Source: Eubacteriales bacterium (GTDB lineage: Bacteria; Bacillota; Clostridia; Oscillospirales; CAG-272). From it: a stretch of 64,000 nt of DNA. A program made the translations under genes and the position numbers. Below, one piece after another: positions 58,174-64,000 of the stretch. The notes below the pieces were generated by a model. It was not told where the DNA came from, ran no database searches, and saw only the letters and a program-made list of their open reading frames with translations. The stretch is taken from the NCBI GenBank assembly GCA_045533505.1, contig JAZSHY010000002.1, positions 11,740 through 75,739 on the forward strand, read 5' to 3'. The stretch's first letter is position 1; each line of letters begins with the position of its first letter.

Positions 58174-60167
58174 ATCCGTTCTCCCTCTTTTTGATTGTCA
58201 AAATATTCATCAATCGAGGTGCGGAGCTCCTCTACCGCTTCCTCGATTGTCATATCCTTTATTTGCGCGCCCGCCACATCGAAGTGACCGCCGCCGCGAA
58301 ACCTCTCCAAAATCATCTGCACGTTCACCGTGCCGTCCGATCTCGCAGAAATGTACACCGTGTCCTCAAGCCTTACAAGAGCAAACGAGGTCGTAATCCC
58401 CTTGACGCCCAAAAGGCCGTCCGCAACCTTGGCAGCGGCAATACGATAGGTGGGATCCACCTCCTCATCGTCGCAGGAGGTGATGGCAATTTGATTACGG
58501 TATATCAGCACGTTGGAATGGAAGCGCGCCTCCTTCTCCAGGTCGTCCACTGTTGTTTTGAAGAACTCAAAGGCCTCTCCGGGGTTGGCGCCCGCACCGC
58601 GCAAAAACTGTGCTACAGCAAAGGTTCTCGTGCCTGTGTTTCTGGTAAAGCGCTTGGTGTCAAGCAAAACACCAGAAAGAAGAAGCTCGGCCTCCTCGGG
58701 GCGCAGAACGCGGGCCCCCACGCTGTTTTCAATAATTTCGGAAACCAGCTCGCACGCCGAGGATGCGGTGGGGTCAATGTATTCCAATTTAACCGAGGAG
58801 TTAAAGTCTGCCACCTTTATGTGATGGTCCACAATGGCAACAGAAACCGCTTTGGCAAGAAGAGCGGGTGCCTCCACATAGTCGAAGTTATTGACGTCCG
58901 CAACGATAAGCAACGTGTCCGCACCGGCAAGGTCAAGGCCTTCCGCACCGTCCACAAAGAGAGCACGGTATTCCGGAAGCCCTGCAATTCGGGAAAAGCA
59001 CGGTGCGAGATTTTCATCATCGCGGTTGACAACAATGTTTACCCTCACATCCCGGCTGGCTACCAATCTCGCGAGCCCCACAGATGCGGCAAAGGAATCG
59101 TAATCTCCAAAGCGGTGCCCCATGATAAGCACATTCCCTGCGCGAGAAATAAGGGACATAAGCTGATTGGCCACAACACGCGCCTTGATATTCACACGCT
59201 TATAGCCCGCTTTGGTACGCCCCCCAAAGAAAGAAACTCCATCGTCGTTACGAAGCACAACCTGGTCTCCGCCACGCTGGAGCGCAAGGTCAAGCGCGTA
59301 TTGAGCTGCCTTTTCTCTCTCGGCAATCGAAGCTTCGGTCAAGCGCGCCACCCCGAGAGACATGGTAATCGGCATGCCGTCACCCACACGAATGGAGCGA
59401 ATTTCGTCAAGTATGTCAAACCGATTCGAAAGACACGTCTCTAAATGAGCATTGTCAAACACCAAAAGATACTTATTGCGGTCATAGGCTCGGAAAAGCC
59501 CGCCGCACTCCTCCATCCAAGCGCGAAGGCGCTCCTCTACCCTATGCGCCGTTTCCGCATAGTTATCCTGCACGAATTGGAGAATTTCCTCGATGTTATC
59601 AATAATAGCGTAGGCAACCACGGCTCTTTCGGACGTATAGCGAGCTTCTGCCGCAAGACGTGCGGTTTCATCATAAAAGTTCAAGAGCATGTAGCGTGCG
59701 GCACCGCTTGTGAGCGACACCCGATGAAGGCGGCAACGAGAATTTTCAAACACCGCGTATGTGATGCCCTTGACCTCGTCAAGCTTGGCGAGACGGGAAA
59801 AAGGCATTCCCGCAGGAACCGATTTTACCCCTGCAACGGTAAGAAAGGCCTTATTGCAAAAGATGGCACGCCCCACATCATCCGTGAGAAGAATGGGATG
59901 CTCGGTTTTTTCAAGAGCCGCCATCAGTGCAGAATCAAAAAGGCCGACAAGCTCCTCCCGATCTCCGATACCGCGGTACCGCAGGCGAAGACTCCCCCAT
60001 GCCGTAAGAAGCAGGAGATAGGTAAAGATGCAGAGCATAGCAAGATACATATCCACTCCGCCAAAAAGAGGACAAAGTGCTATATAAAGCGCAAGGATGA
60101 AAACAAAAAGCAAAACCATCACGACAACATCGAGACGGGTTGCGATTCTCTTTTCAGGTTTTCGCAC
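58170..60167 (-). CDS. gdpP: GdpP/YybT-type DHH-DHHA1 phosphodiesterase (c-di-AMP phosphodiesterase-like)
   Basis: Two N-terminal TM segments, a PAS-like and a degenerate GGDEF region, a DHH motif (VAIVDHH) and a GGGH motif. GTG at 60167 follows GGAGG. Lies upstream of rplI-dnaB, as in Firmicutes. Confidence 0.8.
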   Translation of the reverse strand: MRKPEKRIATRLDVVVMVLLFVFILALYIALCPLFGGVDMYLAMLCIFTYLLLLTAWGSLRLRYRGIGDREELVGLFDSALMAALEKTEHPILLTDDVGRAIFCNKAFLTVAGVKSVPAGMPFSRLAKLDEVKGITYAVFENSRCRLHRVSLTSGAARYMLLNFYDETARLAAEARYTSERAVVAYAIIDNIEEILQFVQDNYAETAHRVEERLRAWMEECGGLFRAYDRNKYLLVFDNAHLETCLSNRFDILDEIRSIRVGDGMPITMSLGVARLTEASIAEREKAAQYALDLALQRGGDQVVLRNDDGVSFFGGRTKAGYKRVNIKARVVANQLMSLISRAGNVLIMGHRFGDYDSFAASVGLARLVASRDVRVNIVVNRDDENLAPCFSRIAGLPEYRALFVDGAEGLDLAGADTLLIVADVNNFDYVEAPALLAKAVSVAIVDHHIKVADFNSSVKLEYIDPTASSACELVSEIIENSVGARVLRPEEAELLLSGVLLDTKRFTRNTGTRTFAVAQFLRGAGANPGEAFEFFKTTVDDLEKEARFHSNVLIYRNQIAITSCDDEEVDPTYRIAAAKVADGLLGVKGITTSFALVRLEDTVYISARSDGTVNVQMILERFRGGGHFDVAGAQIKDMTIEEAVEELRTSIDEYFDNQKEGERI

Positions 60168-60218
60168 AGAGAGACCTCCTTCGCGTTTAAGTATAAAATT
60201 ACTATTGCAGTATACATC

Positions 60219-60247
60219 ATTATAGCAAAAACTTATACGTTTGTAAA
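60219..60247 (-). promoter_or_regulatory. sigma-70 promoter for the gdpP-rplI-dnaB-tilS-ftsH transcript
   Basis: Minus strand has TTTACA (60247..60242), 17-nt spacer, TATAAT (60224..60219). Confidence 0.55.
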
Positions 60248-60317
60248 CAGATGACGCCACATTTTTGGTTTTTTTCTCGTTTTTTTTACACGAATTCCGA
60301 AATTCGCCAAAAATCTC

Positions 60318-60346
60318 TTGTAACTATCAGCAAAATGTTGTAAAAT
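60318..60346 (+). promoter_or_regulatory. sigma-70 promoter for recG
   Basis: TTGTAA (60318..60323), 17-nt spacer, TAAAAT (60341..60346). Confidence 0.5.
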
Positions 60347-60365
60347 TAATAAGAAGGAGTGCCTT

Positions 60366-62498
60366 ATGAAGGAATTGACGTTGCAAAGCCCTATCACCGA
60401 CCTAAAGGGAATTGGAAAAACAAGAGCCGAAGCGTTTGCCCGTGTCGGTGTTTTTTGCGTGCGCGATCTTCTCTTTCACTTTCCAAAGGCCTACGAAAAT
60501 CGCGGTGACATCCGCCTTGTCAGCTCGGTCTCCGACGATACGGCACACGCCTTTTCTCTTATCGTGGCAACTCAACCGAAAACGGCCAAGCTGCCTCGGC
60601 ACATGAGCATAACTAAGTTTCGGGCGTTTGATGAAAGCGGCACCGTCGAGGTGGTTTTCTTCAATCAGCCCTACACCTCTGAATGCTTTGCCGTGGGAGA
60701 TGAATACCGCTTCTATGGCAAGCTTACCTACGGCAAAAAATATTGCACCCTGACGAACCCCATATTTGAAAAACAAACCCCGGGCGTCCCCCTCCGCGAC
60801 ATGGCCTCACGCTATGCTCTCACCGATGGACTAAGCAACAAAATCATTGCTTCTGCTATTGAAGCTGCACTGCCGGCTCTTTCCATGATAAAAGACTTCC
60901 TGCCAGAAAATATCCGTCAAAAATATGAATTTCCTGCACTTTCTTCAGCCATAAAAGCCTTGCATAATCCTCCCTCGCAGGACGTTTTGCGCCGTGCGTT
61001 TGACCGTATGGCCTTCCAGGAATACTTTACCTTTTCGCTTGGCCTTTCCTTAGCAAAAAAAAGGCCGGAGGGTGGCATATCTCCTTCCTGCGCAAAGCAA
61101 AACATCCGTCCTCTGCTGGCCCTTCTACCCTACGAGCTTACCGAAGCGCAAAAGCGCGCAATCAAGGAAATCGCCGCCGATATGCGGGGAGAGGCTTCCC
61201 CTCCCATGAATCGGATTCTTGTGGGAGATGTGGGGTGCGGAAAGACGATATGTGCCGCTATTGCCGCCTATATCGCCGTCCTTAACGGTCATCAGGCGGC
61301 CATCATGGCGCCTACCGAAATTCTGGCACGCCAGCATTACCGTGAGTTTTTGGCTCTGTTTGAGAGACTTGGCGTTTCGGTGTCGCTCCTTTTGGGCGCA
61401 ACACCGCAAAGGGAAAAATCAAAAATTTATGCTTCCCTCACCGCAGAGGGAGATGGGCGAACCGACATCCTGATAGGGACGCATGCCCTTTTGAATGAGA
61501 AGCTTTCCTTTGCCGACCTTGGCCTCACCGTTACCGACGAGCAGCACCGCTTTGGCGTTGCACAGCGCACTGCCATTCGCGAAAAAAATCCCAATGCCCA
61601 TCTTCTCGTTATGAGCGCAACTCCCATTCCGCGTACACTTGCCTTGGTCCTATACGGCGACCTTGACATTTCAAGGATTGATGAAATGCCAAAGGGAAGG
61701 CAACGTGTCGAAACCCTTCTCATTGAGGAGGCGCTCCGTCCGCGCCTTAATGGCTTTATCCGAAAAACCGTGCAGGAGGGGGGGCAGGTTTACATTGTAT
61801 GCCCTGCCATCGAAGAAGAAGAGGAGGACGGAGCCATTCCACTTGAAAAGGTTTTCGGCCCAACAAAGGAGGAGTCCCCTCCTCTGAAGGCCGCCGTCTC
61901 CTATACCGAGCAGCTTATTGAGGTGTTTCCTGAATATAATATCGCCTATCTTCACGGGCGTATGAAGCCTGCCGAGAAGGACAGCGTTATGCAACGCTTC
62001 TCAGACGGCTCACTTAATATCCTTGTTTCTACCACGGTAATTGAGGTCGGTGTGAATGTCCCAAACGCATCCTTAATGATTGTGGAGAACGCCGAACGCT
62101 TCGGTCTTTCTCAGCTTCATCAGCTTCGCGGACGCGTGGGACGCGGTACAAGGAAATCCTACTGCATCCTGATTTCCGATGCCAAGGGAGAATTGACAAA
62201 ACGGAGGCTGCAGGCTCTTTGCAAAACCTATGACGGCTATGCCATAGCCGAGGAGGATTTGCAGCTTCGCGGTCCCGGAGATTTCTTTGCCACAAATGAA
62301 GATTCCTCCATAAGACAAAGCGGCGGTCTCAGATTTTCACCGCTTGCCCTGGCAGCCGGGCGAGATATTATGGAGGCCGCCTTTCGCGAGGCCACACTTC
62401 TTCTGTCAGAGGATTTTCAGCTTACCAATGAAAAAAATCGTCCTCTTGCCGAAGAAATTGCGCGTCTTTTCCCCTCCCATCAAAACACATTTTCTTGA
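60366..62498 (+). CDS. recG: ATP-dependent DNA helicase RecG
   Basis: Wedge/OB N-domain, helicase motifs GDVGCGKT, DEQHRFG, SATPIPRT and QLHQLRGRVGRG. Confidence 0.93.
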   Translation: MKELTLQSPITDLKGIGKTRAEAFARVGVFCVRDLLFHFPKAYENRGDIRLVSSVSDDTAHAFSLIVATQPKTAKLPRHMSITKFRAFDESGTVEVVFFNQPYTSECFAVGDEYRFYGKLTYGKKYCTLTNPIFEKQTPGVPLRDMASRYALTDGLSNKIIASAIEAALPALSMIKDFLPENIRQKYEFPALSSAIKALHNPPSQDVLRRAFDRMAFQEYFTFSLGLSLAKKRPEGGISPSCAKQNIRPLLALLPYELTEAQKRAIKEIAADMRGEASPPMNRILVGDVGCGKTICAAIAAYIAVLNGHQAAIMAPTEILARQHYREFLALFERLGVSVSLLLGATPQREKSKIYASLTAEGDGRTDILIGTHALLNEKLSFADLGLTVTDEQHRFGVAQRTAIREKNPNAHLLVMSATPIPRTLALVLYGDLDISRIDEMPKGRQRVETLLIEEALRPRLNGFIRKTVQEGGQVYIVCPAIEEEEEDGAIPLEKVFGPTKEESPPLKAAVSYTEQLIEVFPEYNIAYLHGRMKPAEKDSVMQRFSDGSLNILVSTTVIEVGVNVPNASLMIVENAERFGLSQLHQLRGRVGRGTRKSYCILISDAKGELTKRRLQALCKTYDGYAIAEEDLQLRGPGDFFATNEDSSIRQSGGLRFSPLALAAGRDIMEAAFREATLLLSEDFQLTNEKNRPLAEEIARLFPSHQNTFS

Positions 62499-62511
62499 AA
62501 GGACAAGCCCC

Positions 62512-63744
62512 ATGAGTTATCGTCCCTTAGCCGATAGAATACGTCCCGAAACCTTAGATGAGATGGTTGGCCAGGAGCATCTCGTCGGAAAGAACGGTGT
62601 CTTGCGGCAAATGCTGGAAGGCGGACGCATAGGAAACATGATTTTTGCAGGCCCCCCCGGTACGGGAAAGACAACCGCCGCTTGCATTATCGCCAAGGCC
62701 ACAGACCTCCATTTTTGCCGCTTGAATGCGACAACCGCTACCCTTGCTGATGTCAAAGGCGCTATTTCGGAAACCTCAAATATGTTCGGGGCCGGTGGGC
62801 TCCTTCTCTATCTTGACGAAATCCAATATTTCAACAAAAAGCAACAGCAAGCACTTCTTGAGTATATGGAGGACGGCAGAGTCGTCCTTATCGCATCCAC
62901 CACGGAAAATCCCTATTTCTCTATCTATCCTGCCATTCTCTCCCGTTCCTCGGTTCTGGAATTCCATCCCGTTGAGCCAATCGCCTGTGTCCCCCTTCTT
63001 CGTCGGGCACTTGCCACTCTGAACGAAGAAAACGGTACAGAAAAAACAGCGGAGGATGACCTTTTAGCCTTGGTGGCCTCGTGCGCAGGGGGCGATGTGC
63101 GTGCCTCTGTCGGACTCCTGGAGAACGGGTACTATGTCGCCAAGGATGAACTGACAAAAAAAGATTTTTCCGTCTTCTTCCCTTCCTTTTCGGGTGCCTT
63201 CCAGCCCACAGGAGACGGGCACTATGACCTTATGTCCTGCCTCCAAAAATCCATTCGCGGCTCCGACCCCGATGCCGCCATATTTTATCTTGCCAAAATT
63301 CTGGCAGCAGGCGACATGCTTTCCGCTATTCGTCGCTTGCAGGTGATTGCCAGCGAGGATGTGGGGCTTGCCTATCCCATGGCAGCGGCCATTGTTCATG
63401 CATGCACCGAAAGCGCAAGAGAGCTCGGCCTCCCGGAGGCGGCCATTCCCCTTGCAAATGCTACGATTCTCTTAGCTACCTCGCCAAAATCCAACACTGC
63501 CTATGCCGCCTATCATGCGGCACGCGAGGACGTGGACGCAGGGCGCGGCCAAATCGTTCCCGAGCATTTGAAAAGTCCTCTTTTCCGTGGATATCTCTAC
63601 CCTCATGACTATCCGCATCATTATGTGGAGCAGAGCTATCTCCCTAAGGACCTCTTAGGCCGCCATTACTATGAATTCGGCGACAACAAAACCGAACAGG
63701 CAGCCAAGGCCTATTACAATATGATTCGGAACAACGGAAACTAA
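62512..63744 (+). CDS. rarA: replication-associated recombination protein A (AAA+ MgsA/RarA)
   Basis: RPETLDEMVGQEHL, Walker [10 protein letters not shown], Walker B LYLDEI, and a MgsA C-domain (SDPDAAIFYLAKIL). ATG at 62512. Confidence 0.9.
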   Translation: MSYRPLADRIRPETLDEMVGQEHLVGKNGVLRQMLEGGRIGNMIFAGPPGTGKTTAACIIAKATDLHFCRLNATTATLADVKGAISETSNMFGAGGLLLYLDEIQYFNKKQQQALLEYMEDGRVVLIASTTENPYFSIYPAILSRSSVLEFHPVEPIACVPLLRRALATLNEENGTEKTAEDDLLALVASCAGGDVRASVGLLENGYYVAKDELTKKDFSVFFPSFSGAFQPTGDGHYDLMSCLQKSIRGSDPDAAIFYLAKILAAGDMLSAIRRLQVIASEDVGLAYPMAAAIVHACTESARELGLPEAAIPLANATILLATSPKSNTAYAAYHAAREDVDAGRGQIVPEHLKSPLFRGYLYPHDYPHHYVEQSYLPKDLLGRHYYEFGDNKTEQAAKAYYNMIRNNGN

Positions 63745-63862
63745 CACGATATCCGTTTGCGAGGGGGCGCTTCCAAGGCCTTGTCCGGAGGCTCCCACTC
63801 TCTCAGACGAACGACCTTACCGTAATTAAAACTGCCCCTATGGGTATGACACGGAGCACTAC

Positions 63863-64000
63863 ATGCAGATTTTCTCGAAACGTCCGCTTGCGTTTTCCTC
63901 TCTCGCCCTCTTTTTGTCGTCTCTTTTCACCTATCTTGTTATAAAAAGTGGGAGCTCGCCCCTCTTGGGCCTTCTTCCACTTCTTTTTCTTTTCCCTATT
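63863..64000 (+). CDS. start of a membrane protein (3' end outside window)
   Basis: ATG at 63863 opens a frame to the window end: MQIFSKRPLAFSSLALFLSSLFTYLVIKSG.., hydrophobic. Identity not determinable. Confidence 0.3.
   Translation, partial: MQIFSKRPLAFSSLALFLSSLFTYLVIKSGSSPLLGLLPLLFLFPI

Noticed and set aside
58095-60254. Two long plus-strand ORFs (449 aa and 269 aa)
   Set aside because: They are antisense to gdpP, which has clear DHH/DHHA1 motifs and operon context. Their composition is low-complexity and His/Arg/Cys-rich. They have no SD and no motif.

Overview
This window looks like core chromosome of an endospore-forming Firmicute, probably a Clostridia-type organism (inference from gene content only). 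It is densely coding, with mostly housekeeping genes. Main blocks: ung; nusB-xseAB-tlyA-nadK-argR-recN; murB-whiA-dnaE; a clpE-type Clp ATPase; spoIIGA-sigE; rpmE; hflX; dnaG followed by two tandem primary-type sigma-70 genes; tRNA-Arg and tRNA-Gly; efp; spoIIID; aspartate kinase; a stand-alone trpB behind a Trp T-box leader; tRNA-Ser; an EF-G paralogue; radA; cwlD; a Xer-type recombinase; yunB; a biotin-dependent Na+-decarboxylase/transcarboxylase operon; a long minus-strand gdpP-rplI-dnaB-tilS-ftsH operon; recG; and rarA. I saw no CRISPR array, transposase, integrase-bearing island or recognisable defence system. The loci most worth a second look: (1) an array of ATGAAAT/ATTTCAT heptamers and mini-hairpins in an AT-rich islet just 3' of tRNA-Ser; (2) the tandem duplicated rpoD-like genes; (3) an operon with two different carboxyltransferases around one BCCP and one Na+-pump beta subunit; (4) an orphan trpB under a Trp T-box; (5) an HTH+helical-repeat regulator followed by a tiny hydrophobic ORF; (6) an orphan 717-aa lipoprotein. 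All calls come from reading the sequence and the ORF translations by eye, with no database search. Start codons were refined by Shine-Dalgarno inspection and several remain uncertain. Many long ORFs antisense to real genes were judged spurious.
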